Below are positions 46,622 through 55,862 of a stretch of 64,000 nt of DNA, one piece after another. Source of the DNA: Sphingomicrobium sp. (GTDB lineage Bacteria > Pseudomonadota > Alphaproteobacteria > Sphingomonadales > Sphingomonadaceae); assembly GCA_035606455.1 (NCBI GenBank), contig DATNFJ010000011.1, forward strand, positions 2,034 to 66,033. The letters run 5' to 3'. The notes under the pieces are model-generated. The model did not search any database. It was not told the DNA's origin and saw only the letters and a program-made list of their open reading frames with translations. The stretch's first letter is position 1; the number at the start of each line of letters is the position of its first letter. The position numbers and the translations under genes were made by a program.

Positions 46622-47602
46622 CTAGCGCTTCAAGGAACGCTGCTCGGGCACGGCGGCGAGAATCCCGCCGATCTGGAAGACGGTCGCCGCGGGGTCGAGC
46701 GAGACGCGCGGCGCCACTGCGGCAAGCTCGCGCGCCCTCCCATAAGCATCCAGCGCGCGCTCGAGCGAAGAGCCCCTCAACCCCCGCGCCTCGCGCGCGA
46801 TCAGCGAGGGCGCGAGGTCAAGGAACGCGGCGTATCGGTCTGCCGACGCCTTCTTGCCCAGCTCGTTCGCAAGCTCCGCCCGCCATGCATTGGTCGGATC
46901 TCCTTCGCGCAGGATCGTCATCGCGGCCGCTTCGAGCTTGGCCAATCCGAGCTCGGCAAATGCGAGCGCCCGCCCCGCGGACCCGAACGACATGTCGACG
47001 ACCCGCTTGCGCTCGGCGGCGCTCAGCCCGGGCGAGTTCGCTTCGAGGATCGACGTCATGGCGTCATCGTCGAGTGCATCGAAATGCAGCATCCGGCAGC
47101 GCGATCGGATCGTCGGCAGGAGCCGGCCCGGCGCATTGGTGACGAGGAAGAAGAGCGTGTTCGGCGGCGGCTCTTCCAGCATCTTGAGAAGCGCGTTCGC
47201 GCCCGAGGGTTCGAGGTCGTCAACCGTGTCGATCGCCGCCACCCGCCATGGCGAGAGCGCGGCGCTGAGCGACATGAACTCGCCCAGTTCGCGGACCTGG
47301 CCGACTTTGATGTTGCGGTTGAGGTTCCCCGTCTTCTCGTTCAGCTCGCGCCTCAGCCAGCGCATGTCGGGGTGGCTGCCGGCCTCCACCAGCCTCACCA
47401 TGGGGTGATCGCCGGGCGTTTCGATTCCCGGCAGGTCGAAAGCGGGTCCCGCGGCATCGGCGAGCACGCGCTTTGCCGCCGCTTTGGCGAAGCTCGCCTT
47501 TCCCACCCCTCTCGGGCCCGCGAGCAGCCAGGCATGGTGGAGCTTGCGGCTCGACCAGGCTTCCGAGAATTGCGCGACTGCCCTGTCCTGCCCGAAGATC
47601 AC
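46622..47602 (-). CDS. holB: DNA polymerase III delta'
   Basis: HAWLLAGPRGVGK, SHPD, ANALLKMLEEPP, LLPTIRSRC. Confidence 0.95.
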   Translation of the reverse strand: MIFGQDRAVAQFSEAWSSRKLHHAWLLAGPRGVGKASFAKAAAKRVLADAAGPAFDLPGIETPGDHPMVRLVEAGSHPDMRWLRRELNEKTGNLNRNIKVGQVRELGEFMSLSAALSPWRVAAIDTVDDLEPSGANALLKMLEEPPPNTLFFLVTNAPGRLLPTIRSRCRMLHFDALDDDAMTSILEANSPGLSAAERKRVVDMSFGSAGRALAFAELGLAKLEAAAMTILREGDPTNAWRAELANELGKKASADRYAAFLDLAPSLIAREARGLRGSSLERALDAYGRARELAAVAPRVSLDPAATVFQIGGILAAVPEQRSLKR

Positions 47603-48222
47603 GGGAGGAGGTCCTGGATGGCGTCAAGCAGGCGATGCGTCACCTCCTGCGGAGAGCCGGATGCATCGATCAGCTTCACCCGCTCGGGCTCTTCGGCTGC
47701 GACGATCCGGAAGGCGGCGTCCACCCTGCGATGGAAGTCCTCCTCGCGCCCGCCGATGCGATCGCTCGCACCGCCATCCCGCGCGCGGGCACGGTCGCTT
47801 GCCTCCTCCAGCGTGAGGACGAAGGTGCGGTCGGGGAACAGGTCTCCGACGGCGGCGACATTGATTGCGCGCACGGTTTCGATCCCGAGGCCGCCAGCAC
47901 CGCCCTGATAGGCCAGCGAGCTGTCGGTGAAGCGGTCGCAGATCACCCAGCGGCCACCTTCCAGAGCCGGACGAATCGCTTTCTCCACGTGGTCGGCGCG
48001 GGCGGCGGCGAACAGCAGGACTTCAGCCCGCGCTCCCCATCGCTCCGCGGGTCCTTCCAGCAATAGCTCGCGAATCCGCTCGGCTCCTTCGCTTCCGCCT
48101 GGTTCGCGTGTGACGAGAACGTCGAGGCCCTGGCTGCGAAGCGCGTCGGCCAGCGCCCTGGCCTGCGTCGACTTGCCGACCCCCTCCCCGCCTTCGAGCG
48201 TGATGAACCTGCCGCGGCTCAC
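47599..48222 (-). CDS. tmk: Thymidylate kinase
   Basis: FITLEGGEGVGKSTQ, TREPGG, CDRFTDSSLAYQG. Confidence 0.97.
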   Translation of the reverse strand: MSRGRFITLEGGEGVGKSTQARALADALRSQGLDVLVTREPGGSEGAERIRELLLEGPAERWGARAEVLLFAAARADHVEKAIRPALEGGRWVICDRFTDSSLAYQGGAGGLGIETVRAINVAAVGDLFPDRTFVLTLEEASDRARARDGGASDRIGGREEDFHRRVDAAFRIVAAEEPERVKLIDASGSPQEVTHRLLDAIQDLLP

Positions 48223-48226
48223 GCCA

Positions 48227-49402
48227 CTAGAGGATCTGCTTGAGGCCGAGCCAGATGCGGCCGAAGAAGCCCGCTCGGCCAACGTCGTCGCCCGCGACCA
48301 GCGGCACGATCTGCGGCGCGGTGTCGCCCGTTGTGATCACCAGCTGCGCGACCTCCTGCCCCTTGGCGATCGGCGCCATCAGCGGACCCTGGTAGCGGAT
48401 CTTCATCGTCATCGGCTTCCTGGTGAGCGACAGCCCGGCGGGAACTGTGACGGCGAGATCGTTCGCGGCCACCAGCGGAACCTCGCTGCTGCTCCCCATC
48501 TGCACGCTCGCAGTCCCGACCTTGGCTCCGGCCTTGAACAAGGGCTTGTCGGCCCAAGCGTTGAAGCCCCATTCGATCAGCCGCGTCGATTCCTGAACGC
48601 GCTGGTTCCAGCTCGACATTCCGGCAAGCACTTCGATCAGCCGCCGTCCGTTCTGGATCGCCGAGCCCGTGAAGCCATAGCCCGCCTCATCCGTGTGCCC
48701 GGTCTTGAGCCCGTCTGCGCCGGGGACGTGACCGAGGATCGGGTTGCGGTTCTCCTGGGTGATGTCCTTACCCGAGCCCATGGTCTTGCCCCAGGTGAAG
48801 CTCGGCAGGCCGTAGAACTCCTTGTAGAGCTTGGGATGGTGCTGGATGGTCGCCTTGGCCAGCGTGGCGAGATCGCGCGCCGTGACGTAGGTCACGCCAT
48901 TGTCGGGCCAGCCATTGGCGGTCCCGAAGTGGCTGTTGTTCATTCCGAGCTTCTTCGCCAGCGCGTTCATCTGGTCGGTAAAGGATTGCTCGGTCCCGGC
49001 AATGCATTCGGCGAGCACAACCGACGCGTCGTTGCCGGACAATGTCACGATGCCCTTGAGCAGGTTTTCGACGCTGACCTGCTCGTTGGGCGAAAGAAAC
49101 ATCGTCGATCCCGCCTGGGGTCCGTGCCATTTCTGCCAGGTCTCCGGGCGCACCGTGCACATCTTGTTCAGCGGAAGCTGACCGCGGTCGATCAGCTCGA
49201 AGGCGACCTCGGTCGTCATCATCTTGGCGAGCGAAGCCGGCGGGAATCTCGCGTCGGGGTTCTTGGCGTAGAGCACCGCGCCCGAATTGACGTCATACAA
49301 ATAGGCGGCCTTGGCCGGCGTATCGAATTGCGGTGCGGCGGCGGGCGCGGCGCTGGTGATGAGGATCGAGGCGGCGGTGGCGAGAAGGACGGTGCGCGGC
49401 AT
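48227..49402 (-). CDS. dacA: D-alanyl-D-alanine carboxypeptidase (S11)
   Basis: PASLAK (SxxK), SGND, KTG; signal peptide. Confidence 0.93.
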   Translation of the reverse strand: MPRTVLLATAASILITSAAPAAAPQFDTPAKAAYLYDVNSGAVLYAKNPDARFPPASLAKMMTTEVAFELIDRGQLPLNKMCTVRPETWQKWHGPQAGSTMFLSPNEQVSVENLLKGIVTLSGNDASVVLAECIAGTEQSFTDQMNALAKKLGMNNSHFGTANGWPDNGVTYVTARDLATLAKATIQHHPKLYKEFYGLPSFTWGKTMGSGKDITQENRNPILGHVPGADGLKTGHTDEAGYGFTGSAIQNGRRLIEVLAGMSSWNQRVQESTRLIEWGFNAWADKPLFKAGAKVGTASVQMGSSSEVPLVAANDLAVTVPAGLSLTRKPMTMKIRYQGPLMAPIAKGQEVAQLVITTGDTAPQIVPLVAGDDVGRAGFFGRIWLGLKQIL

Positions 49403-49447
49403 TGAAATGGCTGGTTCCCCCGAGTTGAGGCTGATGGTCCTCACTGT

Positions 49448-50530
49448 CTATCGCCGCGCAATCGCGTCCGCCAGAACCCCGACGGAAATCGCGTAGAAAT
49501 TCGAGCAGTTGTAATCGAGGATCGCGCGGTAGTTGGTCGTCAGCAGGTAAGCGGTGGCGTCGGGTCCATCGGGCTCGATCAGGCTCGCCATCTCATTGTC
49601 GGGAAGCGAACGGTCGATCGGAGTCACGCCGAGCGCGCGCCATTCACGCATCGTGAGCCACCGGCTGAGGCGCTTGTAGACTTGCGGGCAGCGCGGTGCC
49701 GTGATCTGCGACACGATCGCGTAGCGGTTGAGGCTCGCCGGGGCGCGGACGGGGATTCCCCAGGTGACGTTCGGCTTCCAGCCCGCATCGCGCAGGTAGG
49801 CCGCGATCGACGCGAGGCCGTCGAGCTCATTGGCCCAGATGTCGGCATAGCCGTCGCCGTCACCGTCCGCGCGGAGGCGGAGGACGACCGACGGCATGAA
49901 CTGCGGGTACCCGGTCGCGCCGGCCCAGCTGCCCTTGAGACGCCAGCGCGGAACGCCCTGGTCGATCAGCTTTAAGGCATCGACGAACTCGGTCTCGAAC
50001 AGCGCCCGGCGGCGCCCGTAATAGCCAAGGCTGGCGAGCGCATTGAGAAGGTCGGTGTTTCCGGTGACGGTGCCGTAGCTCGTTTCCATCCCCCAGATCG
50101 CCATCAGCACCGACGGGTCGACACCGTAGCGCGCATAGATTCGGCTAAGGCCGCTATAATGCTCGCGGTAATTCGCCTGGCCGCGGGAGATTAGCGAGCG
50201 GGTGACATGGACCCGAAGGTACGGCGCGAGCGCCCCGACCACCCCGCCGACACTGTGTGCCACCGGCTCCGTCCGCTCGAGCTCGATGACATTGCTGTTG
50301 ATCGACAGCCCGGGGACGTAGGCGTTGACGGTCGATTCGCGGACGCCCTGAGCGCGAGCGAGGGCGGCGAGCCGTGCCTTGTACATGTCCCAGCTATAGG
50401 CGGAGGTCTGCGCGGCGGCGCTCAACGGAATTGCGGCAGAACCGGTCGGCTGCAGACCTACCGGCGCCGCGGAGGACACGATCGACGCCGCCGACGCTCC
50501 AACCAGAATCCAACTGCTGACGGCCGACAA
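49448..50530 (-). CDS. Lytic murein transglycosylase (MltB family)
   Basis: AIWGMETSYG, GSWAGATGYPQFMPS, DGDGDG EF loop, YNCSNFYA. Confidence 0.93.
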   Translation of the reverse strand: MSAVSSWILVGASAASIVSSAAPVGLQPTGSAAIPLSAAAQTSAYSWDMYKARLAALARAQGVRESTVNAYVPGLSINSNVIELERTEPVAHSVGGVVGALAPYLRVHVTRSLISRGQANYREHYSGLSRIYARYGVDPSVLMAIWGMETSYGTVTGNTDLLNALASLGYYGRRRALFETEFVDALKLIDQGVPRWRLKGSWAGATGYPQFMPSVVLRLRADGDGDGYADIWANELDGLASIAAYLRDAGWKPNVTWGIPVRAPASLNRYAIVSQITAPRCPQVYKRLSRWLTMREWRALGVTPIDRSLPDNEMASLIEPDGPDATAYLLTTNYRAILDYNCSNFYAISVGVLADAIARR

Positions 50531-50698
50531 TGACGCTCCTCCCTACATCCGAGGCTAGAGGGGAAAACGTGGCGACCGCCAGCTTGGTTCATCCCGCGCC
50601 TTGCACGGCTCGGCTCGGGACGGCGGCAGCTTTGGTTTGACTGGAACGCGGCCGCCCCCTCGCCTAGCAATGTCGCTCTAGGGAGCTGTCGAGCTGAG

Positions 50699-51595
50699 AT
50701 GTCATTGGAGAATGACGAATATCTGGCGGGCCAAGCAATGCAGCGGCGCGCCTATGATCAAGCTGTCGGCTTGCTGCGGCCACTGGCTGAGCGCAATTCC
50801 GAATATGCACTTCTTGCCCTCGGTTGGATTTACGAGACTGGCGTGAACGGCATGTTGGACAAGGTCGCTGCCCGCTCCTTCTATGAGCTCGCAGCCTCGC
50901 AAGGGAGCGCGCCTGCGCAGCTTTACCTTGGTCAGCTGCTTTTTAACAACGGCGAGGAAGTCGAGGCACGGGCCGCATTCGAAGAAGGGGCGCGGCGCGG
51001 CAATGAGGACTGCAAATCCAAGCTCGCGCGTCTGAGTGATCGCGCGGAAGAGAAATCGGCCGAGCAAGCGCTCGAAAAAGGAAACTTTGAGGAAGCGGTT
51101 CGCCTGCTGCGCCGCTTGGCGGATCGCAAGTCCAGATGGGCGCTCCTTTGTCTTGGCGCCATTAGCGAGCGAGGCGATGCGGGCGCTCCAGATTGGGAAT
51201 CTGCCCGCAATCTTTATGAACGTTCGGCGTCGTTAGGCAGCGCAGCCGCATATTTCGAACTTGGACGTCTCCTAAGGCGACAAGGCGAGGAGTCGAAAGC
51301 GCGAGCAGCGTTTCAGGCCGGAGCCGAACACGGCAGTCTCCCGAGCATGTCGCGCTTGGGAAAGATGATGGTTGAAGGTTGCGGGGGTCCGATTGACGTC
51401 GACGCGGGCAGAACTTGGCTAGAAAAGGCTGCGCAAGGCGGCCAAATCTGGGCCCAGGCCGAGCTCCTGCACATCAAGTATCGCAGTGCTCGATCTCTGT
51501 CGGAGAAAGCGTTGGTCAAGATAAGGCTCGCGAAGCTGGCGCTCAAAGGAGCGCGAGAGATTGCGAAGGATCCTTCATCAGACAAAGTCCGCTGA
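50699..51595 (+). CDS. Sel1-repeat protein
   Basis: Repeated A...LG.IYE.G / AA..G...A motifs; more A/T-ending codons than neighbours. Confidence 0.85.
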   Translation: MSLENDEYLAGQAMQRRAYDQAVGLLRPLAERNSEYALLALGWIYETGVNGMLDKVAARSFYELAASQGSAPAQLYLGQLLFNNGEEVEARAAFEEGARRGNEDCKSKLARLSDRAEEKSAEQALEKGNFEEAVRLLRRLADRKSRWALLCLGAISERGDAGAPDWESARNLYERSASLGSAAAYFELGRLLRRQGEESKARAAFQAGAEHGSLPSMSRLGKMMVEGCGGPIDVDAGRTWLEKAAQGGQIWAQAELLHIKYRSARSLSEKALVKIRLAKLALKGAREIAKDPSSDKVR

Positions 51596-51694
51596 CACTG
51601 TAAGAAACGTCGGCAGTAGCTTGAATGCCAACCGTGCGTTCTCACAGCGGAGCGAGTCTTGAAAACCGGGCGTTGCGGTCTGACAAGCGTCCAT

Positions 51695-51782
51695 GGATGG
51701 GTGGCCGAGCGGTTTAAGGCACCGGTCTTGAAAACCGGCGACGTGCAAGCGTCCGTGGGTTCGAATCCCACCCCATCCGCCA
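51695..51782 (+). tRNA. tRNA-Ser(TGA)
   Basis: GGATGGG/CCCATCC acceptor, CCGGT-CT-TGA-AA-ACCGG anticodon arm, long variable arm, GGTTCGAATCC, G-CCA end. Confidence 0.98.
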
Positions 51783-51801
51783 ATTAGCGCTATCATCGGG
51801 C

Positions 51802-51840
51802 TTGCAATCACGCTACAAATGTAGCACTCTACAAATGTAG
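51802..51840 (+). promoter_or_regulatory. Promoter with two BlaI/MecI/CopY-type operators
   Basis: TTGCAA -35; CTACA-AA-TGTAG at 51813-51824 and 51829-51840 (TACAnnTGTA box). Confidence 0.88.
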
Positions 51841-51874
51841 CGCGGCGATTCGGCCGCATGAGACAGGATTTGAA

Positions 51875-52255
51875 ATGCTCAGCAAGCTGCCGCCCCGCGA
51901 ACGCCAGATCGTCGATATCCTCTATGAGCGCGGACCGGTGCTCGTCGCCGAAATCTGCGAGGCGCTGCCCGACCAGCTGAGCGGATCGGCCGTGCGCGCG
52001 ATGCTCAAGCGGCTCGAGGACAAGGGCTATGTCCAGCGCAAGGAATCGGAGCGCGGCTTCCTCTACAGCCCCGCGGTGTCGGAAACCGCGGCGAAGAAAT
52101 CCGCGCTCAGCGAGATCGTCCGGGTGTTCTTCAACGGCTCGCCGGCAAGCGCGGCGAGCGCGCTCCTCGGAATGTCCGAGAAGCTCAAGGAAGACGAACT
52201 TGAGCAGATCGAGCAGATGATCGCTCGCGCCCGCAAGGCAAAAGGAACGAAGTGA
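51875..52255 (+). CDS. BlaI/MecI/CopY family repressor
   Basis: LPPRERQIVDILY, SAVRAMLKRLEDKG, FLYSP, FFNGS. Confidence 0.95.
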   Translation: MLSKLPPRERQIVDILYERGPVLVAEICEALPDQLSGSAVRAMLKRLEDKGYVQRKESERGFLYSPAVSETAAKKSALSEIVRVFFNGSPASAASALLGMSEKLKEDELEQIEQMIARARKAKGTK

Positions 52256-54129
52256 TGTCCGTGCTGATCGCCATCGTAGTGAAGTCGCTGCTGATCGCCG
52301 GGCTGACGCTCGGCCTGCTTGGGCTGTTGAAGCATCGCTCCGCGGCGGAGCGGTCTTGGGTCGCCCATATCGGCCTGCTGGCGCTGGTCATCATGGCCTT
52401 CGCGCCGCTCGCCTTGCCGCGCTGGAACGTCGAGGCCCCCGCCCTCTTCTCCCAAGCGCCTGCAACGACACAGGCCGACCAGGCGCCGCCGGCGAACACG
52501 ACGCCCGCCCCGGCACGCCCGAGCGCTCTTCCGATGACGGCTACAGCGGCGACTCCGGCGCCGGTTCCAACGGCAAGTCGAGCGCCGAAGATCACCGCAT
52601 TCGCCGCGGCGTCCGCCATCTATGCCCTTCCGGCCGCGATCCTTCTCTTCATCACGCTGCTCGCGCTTGGCCGGTTGCTGGCGCTTCGCGCCCGCGCCGA
52701 AGTGCTGGTCGACGGACATTGGTTGACCGCCCTCGCCCGCGCCCAGAAGCGCATGGGATTCAAACACGGCACGGCGCTCCTCACCAGCAATGCCCTCGCC
52801 TCTCCGGTCAGCTGGGGCCTGGTGCGGCCGGTGATTCTTCTCAATAGCCGCGCTGTCGAGGCGTCGAGCGAAGCCGAGGCGATCCTCGCCCACGAGCTCG
52901 CGCATGTCGCGCGGATGGATTGGGCGAAGCTGCTCCTCGCGCGGGTTGCAACGGCGCTGTTCTGGTTCAATCCCCTGGTGTGGGTGCTCGCTCGCGAGGC
53001 ACACCAGCTGCGCGAGGAAACCGCCGATGACGCGGTGTTGGCGGCCGACATCGCGGACACGGAATATGCGCAGCTCCTGGTCGGGGTGGCCCGCCACGAA
53101 TGTCCGGGCCTGTTGCTCGGAGCCCACGGCGTGGCTCCGTCGAAAAGCTCGCTCGCGCGTCGCGTTGCACGAGTCCTCGACGGCAAGTCGGTCCGCGGAC
53201 CGGTCGCGCGCGGCTTCGCCTTCGGCGTGTTCGCCGGGGCGGTGCTGATCGCAGCGCCGCTTGCAGCGCTCACCCTGACGCCCGGAGGCCCGACGCTCGC
53301 CAAGCCCCTAGCGGCGAAGGGCGGCGAGCTGCCGCGCTATTATGGCCGAGCGCCAGCAGCTGGGGACATTCCCGCGGACCTGCCGCACATCATCGTCCGG
53401 GGCGTGTCGACGTCGGTGACGACAGCGGCCGCCGCCATTGCGCCGACCGCGATCAGCTCTCCCGGCTCCGCGACCCTCGTGTCGGCGGACGGCGCGAGGG
53501 TCATCACAAATGTCAACGGCCAGACCGTGCTGCGTTCGCCGGAAGGAACGATCACCGTCTCGCCGCCGGATTCGAGCGGGCGCCGAAAGGCGGTCCTCAA
53601 TGGGCCCAACGGCGTGCTCGTGAGCTATCTCGGCCCGAACGACATGCCGCCCGTGCCGCCGATGCCCCCTCTTCCGCCGCAGGCCCGGGCGCAAAAGCGC
53701 GCCATCGACCGAGCGATCGAGATGAAAGCCGTCGGAGTCACCCCGGAATATGCCCAGGCGATGAAGTCGGCGCTCCCCCAGCTGCGGCTGTCCAGCGAGG
53801 ACCTGGTTGAGCTGAGGGCCGTGGGAGTCACGCCCGAGTTCATCCAGGAGCTTGCTCGCGAAGGTTATCGCAACCTCAGCGCCGACGACATCGACGGGGC
53901 TTATGCGGTTGGAGTTCGCTCCGACTACATCCGGGCGATGGCCGCCGTTGGCTATCCGAGGCTGACGCTCGAGCAGTTGACCGAGTTGAAGGCGGCCGGC
54001 GTCACGCCGAGCGATGTCGAGCGGTTCCGTCGCGCCGGTTTCGCGCACCTCGACATCGACCAGCTGGTGCAGGCGAAGACCCTGCGACTCACGCCTGAGG
54101 AGATTCGCGCAAGCCGCGACGATCCGTGA
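52252..54129 (+). CDS. M56 (BlaR1/MecR1-like) metallopeptidase sensor with C-terminal 29-aa repeats
   Basis: SAAERSWV, RPVILL, HELAH zinc motif, FWFNPLVW, REETADD; about 5 C-terminal repeats. Confidence 0.93.
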   Translation: MMSVLIAIVVKSLLIAGLTLGLLGLLKHRSAAERSWVAHIGLLALVIMAFAPLALPRWNVEAPALFSQAPATTQADQAPPANTTPAPARPSALPMTATAATPAPVPTASRAPKITAFAAASAIYALPAAILLFITLLALGRLLALRARAEVLVDGHWLTALARAQKRMGFKHGTALLTSNALASPVSWGLVRPVILLNSRAVEASSEAEAILAHELAHVARMDWAKLLLARVATALFWFNPLVWVLAREAHQLREETADDAVLAADIADTEYAQLLVGVARHECPGLLLGAHGVAPSKSSLARRVARVLDGKSVRGPVARGFAFGVFAGAVLIAAPLAALTLTPGGPTLAKPLAAKGGELPRYYGRAPAAGDIPADLPHIIVRGVSTSVTTAAAAIAPTAISSPGSATLVSADGARVITNVNGQTVLRSPEGTITVSPPDSSGRRKAVLNGPNGVLVSYLGPNDMPPVPPMPPLPPQARAQKRAIDRAIEMKAVGVTPEYAQAMKSALPQLRLSSEDLVELRAVGVTPEFIQELAREGYRNLSADDIDGAYAVGVRSDYIRAMAAVGYPRLTLEQLTELKAAGVTPSDVERFRRAGFAHLDIDQLVQAKTLRLTPEEIRASRDDP

Positions 54130-54235
54130 CGTTCGACGGACCCGCTTTTGAACTGACCCGAATTGCCAAGCTCCTCAGCGCCCGAATCGGGCGGACGGGC
54201 GAACTTTGCCACCGAACGGAGAAAGGAGATCGACG

Positions 54236-54817
54236 ATGAACGCAAGGACTGGACTGAAACGGCGCGGAAAGCTCGTCGCTCGCTGCTTCTGGCTGTTGCT
54301 GGCGGTGAGCTTCGGGCTCCAGGCTCCGTCGTCCGCGTCGCCGGTCGAGGCAGGCAAAGCCGCACCGTCTTTCTCCCTCGACCGCCTCGACGGCAAAGTG
54401 GTCACATCAAGAGCCCTGAAAGGTAAGGTGATCCTGCTCGACTTTTGGGCGTCCTGGTGCGCGCCCTGCATCGCGTCCATGCCCGCGATCGCCAAACTGC
54501 AGCGCGATTACGGAAGCAAGGGGCTGGTCGTCCTCGGAGTCACGTTCGACGACGACAATGCAAAGCTCAAGGCTTTCCTCGGCCGGCGATCACCGGGCGT
54601 GATGGTGGTGAAGCCGACGCCCTCGTTCAACCGGGACTACGGCACGCTTCTCCACCTCAAGGGTGATCGCCTGGTCACTTCCGACAAGCTCATCCAGGCC
54701 AATCTGCCCACCTGGATCCTCATCGACCGCAAGGGACGGCTCGCAGCCATCCACCCCTCTTCCTCGCAGGAAACGCAGATGCTCGCGGAAGCCGCGGCGC
54801 TCGCTTCCCGCTCATGA
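54236..54817 (+). CDS. TlpA-family thiol-disulfide oxidoreductase
   Basis: LDFWASWCAPC; N-terminal hydrophobic anchor; AAGGAG RBS. Confidence 0.92.
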   Translation: MNARTGLKRRGKLVARCFWLLLAVSFGLQAPSSASPVEAGKAAPSFSLDRLDGKVVTSRALKGKVILLDFWASWCAPCIASMPAIAKLQRDYGSKGLVVLGVTFDDDNAKLKAFLGRRSPGVMVVKPTPSFNRDYGTLLHLKGDRLVTSDKLIQANLPTWILIDRKGRLAAIHPSSSQETQMLAEAAALASRS

Positions 54818-54860
54818 TCAATGGCCACCGCGCCCAGATTCCTGTGAAAGGAGACGAACA

Positions 54861-55739
54861 ATGAACCGCTGTATCGCTTTTCTCGCTGCCCTGCTCCTTG
54901 CCTTCACCAGCGTCTCTTCGGCGTGCACCGCCCAGTCCGCCGCAGGATGGATCCACTTCACGCTCGAGCCGAAACCCAGTGATCCGGGTAGAATCGAGGC
55001 GAGCTTTCGCAGCGGAGCTCTGGAACATGGAGAGAATAACTGGTCGAGCGGATTTCGCCCGTCGGACCTCGTGGGACTCGACCTTGCGGGGTTTCGTGGC
55101 GCCGGCAGCCGCCCCCTCAGCTTCTCCGTGATCCGCGAAGCCGGCCGGGTCGACTGCGCCGGTCACGGCGGCGAAGGCTATGCCGCGGGATATTGCAGCT
55201 TCACCGCCGATCCCGCCTTCACCCAGCTGCTCGAAAGCCGCGGCATCGGCCGGCCGACGCGGGAGCAGGCATTCGGCCTGATGGCGGTGAATGCCCGCCG
55301 TGAGCTGATCGAGGCCGCTGCCGCAGCCCGTTATCCGACGCCTTCCATCGACAATCTGATGGCACTGTCCGCGCTCAACGTGACCGGTGATTATATCAGC
55401 GAGATGGCACGCGCGGGTTACCGCCCAGCCACCATCCAGTCGCTCGTGGAATTCAAGGCGCTGGGAATCACGCCCGAGTGGATCGCCGGCTTCGTTCAAA
55501 TCGGCTACGCCAACCTTCCCGCAGACCAGCTGATGCAACTCAGGGCGCTTGGGATCACGCCTGCGTATATCGCAAGCTTCGACCGCATCGGTTACCGCCA
55601 CTTGCCGGTCGATCAGCTCGTGCAGCTCAAGGCGATGAACATCACGCCCGAGTTCGTTCAGCGGATCGAGGCCGTCGATTCGTCGCTGCCGCCGGTCGAC
55701 AAGCTGGTCCAACTTAAGGTGTTCGGCAGGAATCGCTGA
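54861..55739 (+). CDS. Secreted protein with 29-aa helical repeats
   Basis: Signal peptide; L.(Q/E)LKALGITP.(Y/W/F)I......GY..L..DQ repeats; AAGGAG RBS. Confidence 0.85.
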   Translation: MNRCIAFLAALLLAFTSVSSACTAQSAAGWIHFTLEPKPSDPGRIEASFRSGALEHGENNWSSGFRPSDLVGLDLAGFRGAGSRPLSFSVIREAGRVDCAGHGGEGYAAGYCSFTADPAFTQLLESRGIGRPTREQAFGLMAVNARRELIEAAAAARYPTPSIDNLMALSALNVTGDYISEMARAGYRPATIQSLVEFKALGITPEWIAGFVQIGYANLPADQLMQLRALGITPAYIASFDRIGYRHLPVDQLVQLKAMNITPEFVQRIEAVDSSLPPVDKLVQLKVFGRNR

Positions 55740-55744
55740 AGCCG

Positions 55745-55782
55745 TTCGTCGGGCCGTCCTCCAGTTGGAGCGGCCCGACGAA
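55745..55782 (+). terminator. Long hairpin closing the blaI operon
   Basis: TTCGTCGGGCCG...CTCCA/TGGAG...CGGCCCGACGAA inverted repeat. Confidence 0.65.
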
Positions 55783-55862
55783 ACGTCTGTCGGTTGGTCG
55801 AACGTGCGTGGCGTAGAGGGACTCTTCCCGGGAAGTGCCGGCGCAAATCAAAGGGGAAGAAG

